Assembly (NCBI RefSeq): GCF_963853765.1
Contig: NC_088862.1
Location: 29,884,001-29,948,000 of the forward strand
Length of the DNA stretch: 64,000 nt
From: Magallana gigas
Lineage: Eukaryota
Direction: 5' to 3'
Positions 1 to 12,948 of this stretch are shown here, in pieces. Positions within the stretch are counted from its first letter, which is position 1; the number at the start of each line of letters is the position of its first letter. The translations under genes and the position numbers were made by a program. A model generated the notes under the pieces. It was not told where the DNA came from. It searched no databases and worked only from the letters and a program-made list of their open reading frames with translations.

Positions 1-1928
1 GAAGAAGAGCTCTATATATAGAAATAGGAAAACACTGACATTTTAAAGTTGATGCTTTTTGGAATTTTTCTTTACTAATTAATAGTTTTAAGCCTAAAAA
101 ATCAATTTCAAAAATTCAAGACAGATCTTATGTTTATAATAATTTGTTGACCAGCCATCCGCCTTAATTTCAATATACTCATAATTTTAACTCTTTTTTT
201 AGGAGATTATTAAAATGAGAATATAATTATCGGTGACATTTCTCTTGAATATTTGTCAGGTAATATGTTTTGAATTCTCATTCTGTTTCATTAGTGTTCA
301 TCTTGATTGCATATTAGAAATTAAACTATTTTGCTTTTCAACTGTAAATTTATATGATATCCTTTCTGTAATAAGTTTTAAACTCAGTCTCTTAAAAGTT
401 TTCACCTAATTTGCAAGAAAGATATATACTGTTTTTGGAAGAATGAGGACCAAGTTTCCCTTTTATCTCCTTAATTTTAAGTGGGAAATCATCCAAATAC
501 AGAAACGTTTAATCAATACACAGAATAACATATTAACTCCCAACCCCATTTTAATACTGTCAGACGACTTTATAGAATTCATGTGCCACAAGAAGAAAGG
601 CATTTTTACTAAGAAAAAAATGTGTATATATATTTTTATATGTTGCACACGTGCATGATTTTATGGAGTAATGTGGACATTTGAGTGTATGCATGTACTT
701 AAAAAGAAAAAAATTATTGTGAAACATGAAAGAAGTGAAAGGAAAGCAAGTGTGAAAAGACGACAATTGTGAATACATGCAGTTTGTGAATAAAAGTTGT
801 AAAATGTATCATCTCTTGCGTAGTTTTCTATAAACATGTGTTATATATAAAGCAAGGTTTTTGGCGTTTAAAAATTATTTAAACTTTCGTATTTAGTGGA
901 AAAAACACTCGATCCCCTGTGCGGAAGTATTTTAGCTATAACACTAGAATTCCTTCTCCAAATCGCGAAAATTGTGCGTTTTTAGATGATCACGATCATA
1001 TTAAATTAATAAGGATGCAACAAGTTGGAACAATTTTATATGAATTTTTTAGCCAATACTAATATTTGATGGACTAAGTAAAGTAGTAATTATAAATCCA
1101 CAATTAAGTAACGGTGTTGTAAAATATAATCTATGAATTTGAATATTTTTTAGGAAACGTCAAACAATTTACAAATCAACAGTAGTATTTGAAATATTGA
1201 ATAACATTTTAAAGACTTTGAACTATATATTAAATACGCCTTAGTAGGATTATTTGTCTTCTAAGAATGAAGAAATGCGAAACTCTTCTTAAATCAGCGT
1301 CCTTCTGACATTTGATTTTAACTATATAAATACATCTTGCATTATATGTTACAATGCGTATTGTTATTCTCAAAATTCAAACAAGTTAAATTAGAAGTGC
1401 AGCAGCTTCGTCGGACTTGTATTCCTATGTAAACTGTTTATTCCTTTTTAAGAGAGTACTTTCATTTCCCCATTTTCTTTGTCTATGATAACAATAAGAA
1501 TTATAATTTAATTTTTGCGCTTGTTTTGATGTTCTGATGATTTGATACATGTACATAAGGGCGAAATCGCAAAATATCATATAACAAGCGCCAAACTTTT
1601 GTTGCAATTTCATATAGTTCACAACTGCCAAAAAAATAAATAAATAAATAGCAAGGTTGTAAAATCTGCAAGGGATGAAGCCTGCTTATTACGCGAATTT
1701 TGATTCGATACATGGGTATGGCCAATATATAAATATGGCTCGATCTTAATTATATCTATATATAAATAATTCTATAATTTCTTCAAGAAGTAAGATCCAA
1801 AATATTTAATTAATGATAAGACTTCTTTATTTTACATTCTCTTCGGCTACAAAAATTAGAAAAACATAATTTGCAGGAATCCGCCATGCACTTCCGTTTT
1901 GTGTAGCAACTTCCGGTTGGTATTCGTT

Positions 1929-4900
1929 TCACCGCGCCATCCACGATTCTTCCGTTTTCCAACCAATGGAATACCTCTTCATGACCTTCTCCACCAGGTG
2001 GCGCTGTTTGACATTATTCAGAATCATGCTTTTCATTTCGTTGCTGATAGATTGGCATTCTTTTATCTGAAATTTACAATTTTGATTTACTGAGTATGGA
2101 TTCAGTGTGTATGTTTTGTATTATAGCTATAATACTTACACCGTTCAACAGTCAACAGTTGTACGATTGTTAATCGTTGTTGGGAGCTTGATTAATTATA
2201 TCTTGTGGTTGAAGTAAAACAACAAAACTTCATGGTTTGAGTTTTGTAAGATTACATAACATTTGCTTCAAATGAATTGCGTAATGAAAGAATATTTGTG
2301 AGTTTTTTTTATTGAAGGGGGGGGTGTAAAGTGAGTTTTTTTGCGTCACCTGATCCGGATATCTTCTCCTGATTTCTTCGTGCTCCTGTTGTCGCTTCCG
2401 GACCAGTTTTCGGTAGTAATCCGGCCCCTCCAAAACATACTTGGGTACCTGGGATACATCATGTGCAGTTTCCACTTTTTCTGCTGTTTCTTTGATCGGA
2501 TTGTATTCCTTGAAGACGTGCCCACTGATGTGTAAACACTCAGACAGCGGGAGTCTATGGATCCTCGCAGATTCCTCCTTGTTTTCCTTTAGAATTCGAA
2601 CAAACCTTAATTGAAGTATCAACAGCGGCAAAATGTCGAATTTTCCTCCCGGAATCGTTGAAACTCGACTCGAAAGTCTCGTTTCGGTTCGAGTTTTGAG
2701 TAACTTGAGAACGTAACTTTTTCTACTCAAAGGAAAACGGTCGATTTGTTTTGTGTCGAGTGAGTAAAATTCGCATTCTGTTGAACAGAAAACTCGAAAC
2801 AGTGAGGTGTGAAGATTGAGCAGGAACTCAATATCGTGAATAATCTCCCCTTCCATCACATGACACAGCTGCACGCGTCTGCTGGCAACAAATCGTTCGT
2901 TTCCGGAAGTAGAAATGCTGGGTAATTTCAGGCTTTTCGCCATATGATGTCTGCAAAATTTGAATTGATTATCGTAAAGTAAAATAAATGCAATGTTCTG
3001 CAATTAACTCCCAAAGCTTTGTTATGTAAAACTTTTTGTTCTAGTCTTTGTAGGTATAATTGTAAGAAAAAAAAGGTCATTTCTTCTTCCATAGGTAGGT
3101 TTGATATTAATATTCTAAATTAAAGGAACAAAATATTGTGTGATTGGATTAAAAAAAAAAATCAATGGAAATTTAATGTGGATCCCAAGAATGACTAATT
3201 GCATGTATTTTGAAATGTTTGCTTCTTCACATTTTTAGTAGAATTAGTTGTCATACTCGAAGTAAAGTGGATGTCTCTTGCTCATTTCTGCGGCATCAAA
3301 CATGGCGGGATACTGCTTCCGGTGTAGTTCCGGAACTGCCGAGAGACGGGCCTTACCTCTGTGACAAAGCAGGAATCACATTGGGATAAGAGGCATAATT
3401 CTTTTAGTGAAAATTGCTATTATGTTGTGCTTCAAAATAATAATGTACAAAAGCAATACTGTCTAGATCACTTGTATAATAGCTAGCCTTTTTTTCACAG
3501 TCATTCATCTGACAAATACCAAAGTATGCGATATATAGTTATGTTGAAATACTTTAAGTATGAGGATATATATGGGACAAACCTGACTAGAAAATGAAGA
3601 CATGTGACGTCACATCCTTGGAGAAAGGCGCACTGTACTGCGGATATAATGCGCTTTTTCAGGCAAGGCACCAGTTGTTCAATTTCAGCTTCCGTCCATT
3701 TGGCAAAAAATGGATGCGTTCTGACAAAAATCCTCTTATCATCGAACTCTTTAGATTGGTGCCACTAGAATTTTAATGATTTCATGATTATATATTACTC
3801 AGAATTCTAAAAATTCTTTACTTAAAAAAAAAGAAGAAATGTAAGGTTTCATTTTAGTTTTGATATACATATATATGGTCAAAATGCAGATGGATTTACA
3901 GAACATTGCATTCAAATGAAAGAATTTTTTGGTGATTATTCATTCTACTTTATTTCCAGTATTTGCACAATTTGCATCCGATCGATAAATCGATATTGGT
4001 TAGCCAAGAATGTCTTCACGCTTGTAAGACCGCTAAAATTAAAAACCGTGAAATCATTATTAGAATACTTTTTCATTTTGGGAACAGAAAAAAAGTATAA
4101 AACAGAGGGGTCTGGATGTCAGTGGTCCTTAATTTTCACCACATTTGCAGTCATTTTGATAATTTATAGCTCGATAGCATGTGCCGATCAAGAAAATTTT
4201 TTAATTTTCAAGGGGGGGGGGGGTCCCGACGGTTATTGGGATTTGCCGGGGGAGGAGGGTGTCAGAGGCATATTTTGGTAATTTTGTAATGTAATTTAAA
4301 GAAATTTGCATTTTGCAGTGAGGGGGGTCTGGACCCATATGAGTGACCCTCTTCTAGATCCGCACATGGATAGTGTTTTCTATATCATATTCATCCGACG
4401 GCCATGAACATAAGAGGTCTTATATATTTTAATTTGCATGGTCATAGCTAGGAAACAGTCATTTGAAGATGTTTTGAAATTGATAAGTTTTTCAATTATA
4501 TATATCACCAACAGCCCTAAATGTCAGTGTTATTTATATATTTTGAGTTATGTCCAAACACGATGTTCATGTAGTATCATTACATCGATGATATCAACGA
4601 TATCGTATCGATATCATTCCACCATCGTGAAACATTATATTCATTGAAACGTATTTTGGTGTACTTTACGTTAATATCGACGATGTCGTTTCACTTCGCC
4701 AATGTCAAAAAACTGTACCTATAGAGACATTGCACATGACTGTGTAATTTGCAATCTATACTTTGTGTCGATTTCGACGATATCGACGATAGCATATCGA
4801 TAAAATGTCAATATCTTGAAAACCATAATCAATGAGGAGGTTTTTTCTCTCACAAAAATAGTGTCTTACATGTATCTTAACATGTTTTTTATTAACTTAG

Positions 4901-7900
4901 TGTTGATATCAAGGATATCGAGGATATTTTATCGATATTGGTTTGCCTATATCAAAGATAGGCAAAAATAAAGTAAAAAATCGAATCGGTATTGTAAATC
5001 TGTGTACGATATCGTCGATATTGAGATCATAAATGTAATGCAGAATATCGATCAGTAACGATATCGATATTGTCCTTTTGTGTACAATAACGTCGACATC
5101 GACTTCACAGAGTAGTTGTACATGTAATGTATAACTTATCTGAATCGATGTCGATATCGTCATGCATTTTGTTTACGATATCGACATCATAGTTAGTGTT
5201 GGACATGTCAATTACATACCATCGAGAGCCCTGAATGTGAGAGGTCCTATAGAAAGGGCCACTTTAAATTGCATGATTACGAGGGACTACTACTTGTATT
5301 TAAGGATGTGTTACCTTGATTGTGTTTTCAAACAACTTCTGGGGAATGACCATCAGATCTACAGCCTCATCGGCGATAATGGTGGCGTTCCTAGCTTCCG
5401 CTTTCAAAAGAGCGAGCTCGCCGAATGAATGCCCTGAAGCTGAACAGGTTATATCCAAAATTTATTCAATGATTCATTATTGCAATGGTATTTGTATTTC
5501 AACAATGGGATTTGTAATTTATTAATTTCTAATTTCGATGTTGTCCATGTTTTTACTGAAGAGAGATCTAGAATGTATACCTCTTAAATCAAAGGCCAAC
5601 CTCAATTTACGCATAAAAAAGTGTACGAAGATTATCCTTTGTATTACACATTTTTTTTTCTATTTACGATTAAGATTATTAATGTTGTAGAGCAGTGAAA
5701 TTGACACTGCACGTGAGTACATGTTTGTAAGGTCTACAACATCTACAACATTGCATTGTGTATCAACTGAGCAAAATAAAAATACCATTTATTAATAAAG
5801 ACCTTTCAAAATGTATTTTTTTTTTTAAATTAAGCCATTTATTTTTTTAATTAGTAAACTTCTTATGTATTAAATTAAAGCAAAAACCACTCCCACTATA
5901 TTACCCGGTATTACTTACGTAAAATGTTGACTTTTGAACCATACTTTGCCTCTAACTCTGCCTGTTGGATGCTCTTCTCGGTCACGTGACATTTGCATTG
6001 ATGACGGGTTCCGTTGTCGTGATGGCTGTCTAATTTCTGATTTTCCGGAAGACAGCAGCAGTGATGGTGTTTAACTGTATCACCCGGATGTTGGTGCAAG
6101 GTTGCATCGCTAGTAATTCTGGGTAATCGCACCACAATGGACTTCCTGTTGCGTGATTTCTTGAAAGTATCTCTGACGTAAACACCAACAGAGCCTTGGA
6201 TGACGATGTAGAATCTGTCGGTGGCGTCAGTGAAATTAAAACAAAGAATTTCAAAACAACTTGTTAGTATTCAAACTTCTTACATGTACTAATGCGTGGA
6301 ATAAGGGGTTTTATCCCAGAAACCACCCCCATTCCCACCCTTTTAGATTCCGCTCATGATACAGTATTGATGGGTCCTTGTAAACTTCGAAAAGATTTTT
6401 TAAAAAATCAAACAATTTTTTAAAAACTAAAATATATTGTCTATAACAAACAAGAAAAGACAAAAAAAAAAAAAAAAAAAAAGAGAGAAAAACCCAAAAT
6501 ATTAGTAGAGGATGATATAAATCTAAACAAAATGAATTGTTGATGAATTAAGTTTTACCGTTTATGTTAGACATAACCATCTTAATCATAGTCTTTTTTA
6601 TTCTTGTCAAGATTTCTGATGAGTCTAACCCCCTCTCCCTTTCAATTTGCTCCCAACGCCACTGATCGGAGTAGGCAAGATAATGATGTCGGATACTTAT
6701 TAATAATTTCAGGATAATGTAGATAGTTACTTGTCTCCTGTTTCTCCTTGTTTCATAATGACGTCACCAGCTTCCTTGTGCTCGTGTTCACTGTGTCTTA
6801 ATATCTCAATACCAACGTCTAGAAATAGAAAAAAAAACCCCAGACTGTATAATAATATGTATGTGTTTTGCAAAGCTACAATTTGTGGCTAAAAATCGTT
6901 ATATTGATATTTTTTTAAAATGTAATGCGCTTCTCATTGGGAATATAAATTTGTTGATCACCCTAATTGGAGACAGGCCATTTGTTGATAATTAACATGA
7001 TAGTTTGATAATTAACATGATAGTTTTTTTTGTATGTTTTTTTCTTAAATTCTTTAGATATTTTTTTTTATCATGAGAAAAATATACAATGCGATGTGCC
7101 TTTGATTGTAATGTCTACTAAGAATCATATAACTATTTTATAAAACTATTTCAAATACATATTACAGAGTACATGCATCACTTTGTTGAATAAAGAAAAT
7201 GAAAAAAAAAGATATTCTGGTCAATATCTTTGGACAAATATATTGTTATTCAAAGTACATATATTGCAATGAAGAAATTTCATTTCCTTGGACACGTGCA
7301 ATGCCATTTGTGATTTAATATTTAAACGTACGCTATATTATTAGCAAAGAATAAATTAATTTTATAATAGGAATAAATACGTGTACGTTTATTTACATAC
7401 AAGATACAAATATAAACGTCTTTGAATTATGCATTGATACATGTCTATTTAACTCAATCATATATACAGGTACAGTACCGATCAGACCCAACCTAACAGA
7501 AAGTAAACCCCAACTAAACCCTGGGTTTACTTTCTGGGTTTACTAGAGTGGACCCAGAGTAAACCCAGAGTAAACCCCAAGTAAACCCATTGTGGACACA
7601 GAGAGTAAACCCCGATCAGATGTATACCCTGAAAGCCGACGCTACATGTGTATTCGGAATATACAAGGGGCAGGAATTACAGGCAGTAGGATGATAAGAT
7701 AAAATACAGGTCTGCTTCACACTTCAATGCGTATAGTTGATCCAAAAGCAATTCTCGAGTAAACCCCGAGTAAACCCAAAGTAAACCCCGAGTGGACCCA
7801 AATTTTCAAAAAGTAAACCCAAAGTAAACCCAGAAAGTAAACCCGGGGTTTAGTTGGGGTTTAATCTGGTGTTAGGTTCGGTCTGATCGGTACTGTAGGT

Positions 7901-8602
7901 GATAGTGCTACATGTATAGCCTCTGGCGCAAACGCATTAAAAATTAAGATACCCAACCATTTCGACATGTCTCCGTTTGCAATTTGATTTTGAATATACA
8001 TATTTTTATCAAGACACAATTTGAAAAACCAACCAATGTAATGCGCATATCATTAACTCTATGTATATATATATAGATCTAATGCTGCATGTAAAATCAC
8101 GGGCGTAAAAAAGTCCCCATAATAAAACAAATAAATAAATATTTAACCACATCCGCAGTTAATTAAGGAATAAGGAATCATTCTTTCAAGTTTGATTATT
8201 ATGACGTGATCAAGTACAGTTGAGGGTGATATTTATATAATTTTCAGCACCAGTGCGACTTAATACTAAAATACTAAAATTATCTTTGTCCATAAATAAC
8301 AAAATCGATTGATAGACTTTATCTAAGTGGTACATGTATATTATAGACAAAAACACCGGAAAATGTAAATATTAAAAGATACATGCATATCATTATTATA
8401 AAAGCTCGTTACCTCTGTCAACATTCTGCAGACAATTGGCCTTCATCATGAGGGTTGGTAAAAAAAGATTTATCTCTCTCTGACTCCGCCTTTCTGGGTT
8501 CTTCTGGATCAAATGTAGCAGGGAAGTACTGGTCATATCATCCAGTGCTTTTAATGCCTGGATAGTTTTCCTCACGGTTTTCTTGAACAAATTAGACGCC
8601 AT
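1929..8602 (-). CDS. Cyclic nucleotide-binding domain protein with two CNB domains (CNBD-like), complete, 8 coding exons, 573 aa
   Basis: Exons on the minus strand: 8602-8413, 6818-6731, 6214-5919, 5439-5315, 3764-3583, 3358-3257, 2950-2350, 2066-1929. All introns are GT-AG, phases are compatible (1,2,1,0,2,2,0), total 1722 nt. Translation has IMKQGETGDKFYIVIQGSVGVYV and ILPSGHSFGELALLKAEARNATIIAD (CNB-A with phosphate-binding cassette), then HPFFAKWTEAEIEQLVPCLK..FLQGCDVTCLHFLVRGK..EGEIIHDIEFLLNL (CNB-B). Starts MASNLFKK, ends WMAR-stop. Confidence 0.9.
4178..4368. mobile_element. MITE of the CATGTGCGGATCTAGA-terminal family
   Basis: Imperfect terminal inverted repeats CATGTGCCGATCAAGA ... 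TCTAGATCCGCACATG around a G-run-rich interior. Confidence 0.7.
4550..5198. mobile_element. ATCGAT/GATATCG-rich repeat, possibly a CACTA/EnSpm-like non-autonomous relic
   Basis: Many GATATCG/ATCGAT motifs in both orientations. The right end reads ...CGATATCGACATCATAGTTAGTG, i.e. CACTA from outside in. No matching left terminus found. Confidence 0.45.
7473..7895 (+). mobile_element. Tc1/mariner-type MITE with GTAAACCC subterminal repeats (copy 1)
   Basis: TIRs CAGTACCGATCAGACC ... GGTCTGATCGGTACTG flanked by TA on both sides. About a dozen GTAAACCC motifs inside. A homologous inverted copy lies at 56823-57269. Confidence 0.9.
8163..8400 (+). mobile_element. Partial copy of the TAAGGAATCATTCTTT repeat family
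   Basis: Starts TAAGGAATAAGGAATCATTCTTT and shares ATAGACAAAAACA..GAAAATGTAAAT with the copy at 55179-55560. Confidence 0.55.
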
Positions 8603-8760
8603 CGTTTACTTTATGTATTCTTTTTCTTTATAAGCTATGACGTAATAATCGGGCATTGTGACGTTGAAAAAAGTTATTCCGGAAAAATTAGATCACAGCG
8701 AAGTTCATTTTGGTAGTTAGATTCTGGATAAAGCAGACTTCCGGTTGATGTGGTAAGAAC
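8603..8760. promoter_or_regulatory. Candidate bidirectional promoter between the CNBD gene and a plus-strand spliced transcript
   Basis: Lies immediately upstream of the CNBD ATG. Contains TGACGT half-CRE motifs (about 8638 and 8659) and an ETS-like CTTCCGG (about 8739). Plus-strand splice donors follow within 100 bp. Confidence 0.4.
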
Positions 8761-10330
8761 GGCAACCAACATTCAATAATCTCGACAAGGTTTTCTAACG
8801 TTCTTTTCATTAGAGTGGACAACTTGATTAAGCAGGTAAGAACTATAGTAAGCATATAAAAGTACTAATGATGCACATTTGTGGTCATGCTTAGTTCAAA
8901 CAAGTGTGCATCGAAGAGCATATGGTCCTCTGATAAATTACCGCGTGCATGGCCGAATTTTCACTGTGCATTTTTAATTTGGAACAAAATAACGAATGAC
9001 AGTCGTCTTAAAGCCATTCTATTCACAGTTAAGATTTGTATTGTGTCGACGGTATTTCTTAATGAATAGTTAATGATATCGCTATACGTATGCAGTGTAT
9101 GTTTATGTTATGTGACAAGGGAAGGTCAAGGTTATCTAACTGATGTTCATTTCTCAAGGATAATGTGTTGACATTGCAGGTCTTTTGGACAGCAAGGTGT
9201 GAAACAGAGAAATTTGTGAGTATCTCCTCTTTTTTTTAAATCAAAAGAGAAGCATAAGGATAGAGGAACCGTATGCAACATTCATTTACATAGCAAGTTT
9301 ACAGGCATATGTATTGCATAATATTAATAATGCACTGTGTCTTTGCAAACAGTTTACCACTATCTGAACTCCCTGGTTTTGATAAGGAAAATGTCACTAT
9401 GTACATTGTCAATATCCACAAAGAGCAAGGACAGATGCTATAGTTTTGAGTTTATTTGTTTTTTCAGTTTAAGAACTGAGGAGAGGATCAACTGCAGAAG
9501 AATAGAGAAGCAGAGAAAGAAGATCAACTGTTATGTGAGATTGTCTTAAAATTGTTACAGATGCTTTATGCTCTGAACATATTGAAAACAGTGCTTAAGG
9601 CTTTTATTGATTGTACAGAGTATTCTCTCTTTTTTTTAAAATCAGCCCCCATCACTTTTTTAATTTTTTTTTTTTTGATTTATATATACTTTTATATTAA
9701 ATTGTGCCCAGACTTTAAGTAGTCTGCAGGTTTATTTGTAAAAACATGCAACATATCTTTTTTGCATTTTGAATTGTTTGGGGGGGGGTCACACCTTAAG
9801 TCATAGAGTTATAGTGTTAGAAGAATAATTACGCTGCCATTTAAGAAGACATTTCTCATTTCATTTGAGCTAATCAACACCACCATTCCCACCCCACTCC
9901 ACCCCCTTTCGACTGAGGAAAAAATGGAAATAATGGGAAAAAAATGGGGGGGGGAAAAACCCCTGAAAATATATGTCAATCTTCTTCAACAAGATGTGAA
10001 TTAAGTTGTGCCAAAAATAAAAGAAAGAAAATGAACACAAAATACCATTTTTTTATTCAATTTTATTAATTTTTTATTCAAACTGTAGATAATTTTGTTA
10101 ATATTCAAAGTTTATTTTTGAAAATACATTAACATGTAGGTTTAGTTATTTGATCATGTATTTTTTATGTTATGAAAATTTCATTTATACCCTCAAGTCA
10201 ACAGTTATGCTGTATTATTTGTAGTTGTAAGGGGAACTGGAACCGAGAGATAGAGAGAAGATTTGAAAGGCACAGATGAAGACAGAAGAAAAAAGATAGA
10301 AAAAAGTGAGAAGAATTCTGTAATTTTACT
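8740..10330 (+). ncRNA. Putative spliced non-coding transcript or 5'-UTR exons, divergent from the CNBD gene
   Basis: Chain of plus-strand splice signals: donor AGCAG/GTAAGA at 8835, exon 9180-9215 (TTGCAG/ ... /GTGAGT), exon 9468-9534 (TTTTCAG/ ... /GTGAGA), acceptor TTTGTAG/ at 10224 before a purine-rich block. No sustained ORF. Confidence 0.35.
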
Positions 10331-12089
10331 GGTTTTCATAAAATTATATAAAAAGAAGAAGATTATGACATTTTGTACAAAAGGTTTGTTGATTTGAAAT
10401 ATTGAAAAAGTTACCTTTGGAATTACATTAGTGTATCATTTATGCTAAAAGACAATGTTTTAGAAATTGTCATTTCAAATATTGTCACATAGTATTTGCA
10501 TCATATTTGGAGGGGGGAAATCCCAAAGTTTAATTTCATGATATTTTGGCAGTCTAAAATTTATTCTATTTAAACAAAGAAAATGATAATTTATGATTAA
10601 GAAAAAATATTCTATTCTCTGATTAGGTAAATGAAAGTTAAGTTTGATAAATATCCAAGTAGGAGAATTAAATGAAGTTGAAACAGACACAACATTTCAA
10701 ATTTAAGTATAGAGGATAATTATGAGCACCGAATTTTCTAAGAGTTATCTATCTTTTGATTGAAGTATTTTCACTATAGACATTATTTGATTCACAAACT
10801 GAATTTTAAAAAGCGTAAATGATACACATGCATTTTATTATTAGTTTCAATTTGAAAAAAAAAATTATTGAAAATAATGATGATAATAAAAGTTTCATAT
10901 CACATTATTTGTAGTGGTATATGTATGATAAAGGGGCAGACAAGTGCTCATATTTTAAACATAACGAAGACATGGTTGTTTGTACTCTGCAGTTTATTGC
11001 GCAGCATTTGATAAGCTATAAGGTTGAATCAGTTATTGAGAAAAATGGATGCTACCCCCATCACTAGGTCACAAAAAATTAACTCGGTTCTTATTAGGTA
11101 GTCCAAAGGACTTGTAGAGACACAACATAAGTAATCCTCATCAAAATTTGGATCCTATGTTGTATGACGACCTATCTGTTTTTACAAAGACTGATAATTT
11201 TACAATAGTTTTGTGCAGTGTTAAATGTTACAGACTTGCAGTACTTGCAGCCGACTATACCTTTATTGATTTAAAAAAAATTCTTAAAATTTTATGTGTG
11301 AATCAATTAAATTTGATAACTTTTGAGGAAAATAAAGATCTTGTTGATGAGACATTATGAAGAAGATAGATTAACAGTGTAAAGTTTGAATGGAAAAGCA
11401 CTATTAGGCATTGCAACGATTGTTTTACAATGCCAAACATTACTTTTTCGTTGCTTTACGATATGGGTCCTTTGTACAGTGAACAAACGCAGAAAAAAAA
11501 GCTTAAATAATTTTGAGTGGATGTAATGATTTTGTGATTAATGGAATCTATTTATTTTTTACTCAGTAATTATAGTTCTTGGCAATAATAACCCATTTTA
11601 AATTTTTATGGTTAATAATTTGAAGCATGTAAATGTAATAGGAATGGCTTTCCTCAATCTTACATTTTTGGATCATAATTGTCAACAGTCGAAGTAACTT
11701 ACTTTCACTTTTAATGGCATATTCATATTTAATCTTCCATAGCTATCCTAAAATATAAAACAAATGGCATAAGAAAAATCTTTGATTTTGCTTAAAGAAA
11801 CTGGTGAAGGGAGTTTTATTTCAAATGTAAAAAGGAAAAACAACCCCAAAACATTGGAGCCTGCAAGAAAACCATTTATCCAAAATACAATAAAATCAAA
11901 TTTATTGGTATCCTTTATTGACAATGGATAAAAACCAGACATGCACGATGATGAAAATGGAACAGAAACTCATCCTAAAGGTAACACCACATTCTCATAA
12001 CACAATCTTTATGTTTATGAAGATGGTGTATCATGGTTAGTCTCTGTCAGTCTCTGTAAATAACCAAAACTTGACAAGATATTTAGCCA

Positions 12090-12700
12090 AGTGAAAGTCA
12101 GTTAAAGTGTCAATGTCACTAAAAGGTTTAAAGTCAAGGTCACTGAAAGACTATTGTAACTGAAATGTCAATAGTTGTGATAGGGTCAATGTCACTGGAA
12201 GGTCAAAGTCAAGTTTAGTGAAAGAGATAATATAACTGAAAGGACAGGGTCAATATCACTGAAAGGTCAAAAGTCAAGGTCAGTGAAAGGGTCAATGTCA
12301 CTGACAATCCAAAAGTCAAGGTCAATGATTGACTTATTGTAACTGAATTGTCAAAAGTAGTGATAGGGTCAGTCACTTAAAGGTCAAAGTCCAGGCTAGT
12401 GAAAGAGCTTATGTAACTGAAAGGTCAGGGTCAGAGCAAGGGTCAATGTCACTGAAAGGTCATAATTCAAGTTCAGTGAAAGGGTCAATGTCAGTGATAG
12501 GTCAAAAGTCAAGGTTAGTGAAAAGATCAATGTCACTGAAAGGTCAAAAGTGAAGGCTAGTGAGAGGGTTAATGTTATTGAAAGGTTGATGTTAGTAAAA
12601 GGGTTAATGTCACTGATAGGTCAAGGTCATTCAATGGGTCAATGTCAGTGAAAAAGATCAGTGAAAGGGTCATCGCCAGTGTTTGAAAATCGAAAGTCAA
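12090..12700 (+). repeat. Degenerate minisatellite built from GGTCAA/AGGTCA/GTCACTGAAA units
   Basis: Recurrent AAGGTCAAAAGTCAAGGTCAGTGAAAGGGTCAATGTCACTGAA-like units. Confidence 0.85.
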
Positions 12701-12802
12701 TTCTTTCTTTTTTTTTTACTGGACATGTATCAAACGATGATTATTTCAGGCCCACTAGGTTAAAGTCAATAAGAGAGAATTAAACAGCAAATACTGCATT
12801 AG

Positions 12803-12948
12803 CATGCGCGGATCTAGAAGGGAGTGGGTGTCCCAACCATCATGAACGTTCAAAACTATTTAATTCACATTGCAAAATTACTGAAAATAAGCCAACAAAA
12901 TTATTTCTCGGACCCCGTTGCCTAGGAACTTTTTTTTATCCGTGCATG
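12803..12948. mobile_element. MITE of the CATGCGCGGATCTAGA family
   Basis: Ends CATGCGCGGAT ... ATCCGTGCATG, related to 4178-4368. Confidence 0.65.

Noticed and set aside
1-800. Plus-strand 3' end of a neighbouring gene
   Set aside because: Purine-rich blocks and an AATAAA are present, but no ORF or consistent exon chain supports it.
3916-4281. 121-aa plus-strand ORF
   Set aside because: Lies antisense in a CNBD intron, runs into a MITE, has AT-rich low-complexity composition and no recognisable motif.
7473-7895. Interstitial telomere
   Set aside because: Motifs are spaced, not tandem, and sit between TIRs with TA duplication.
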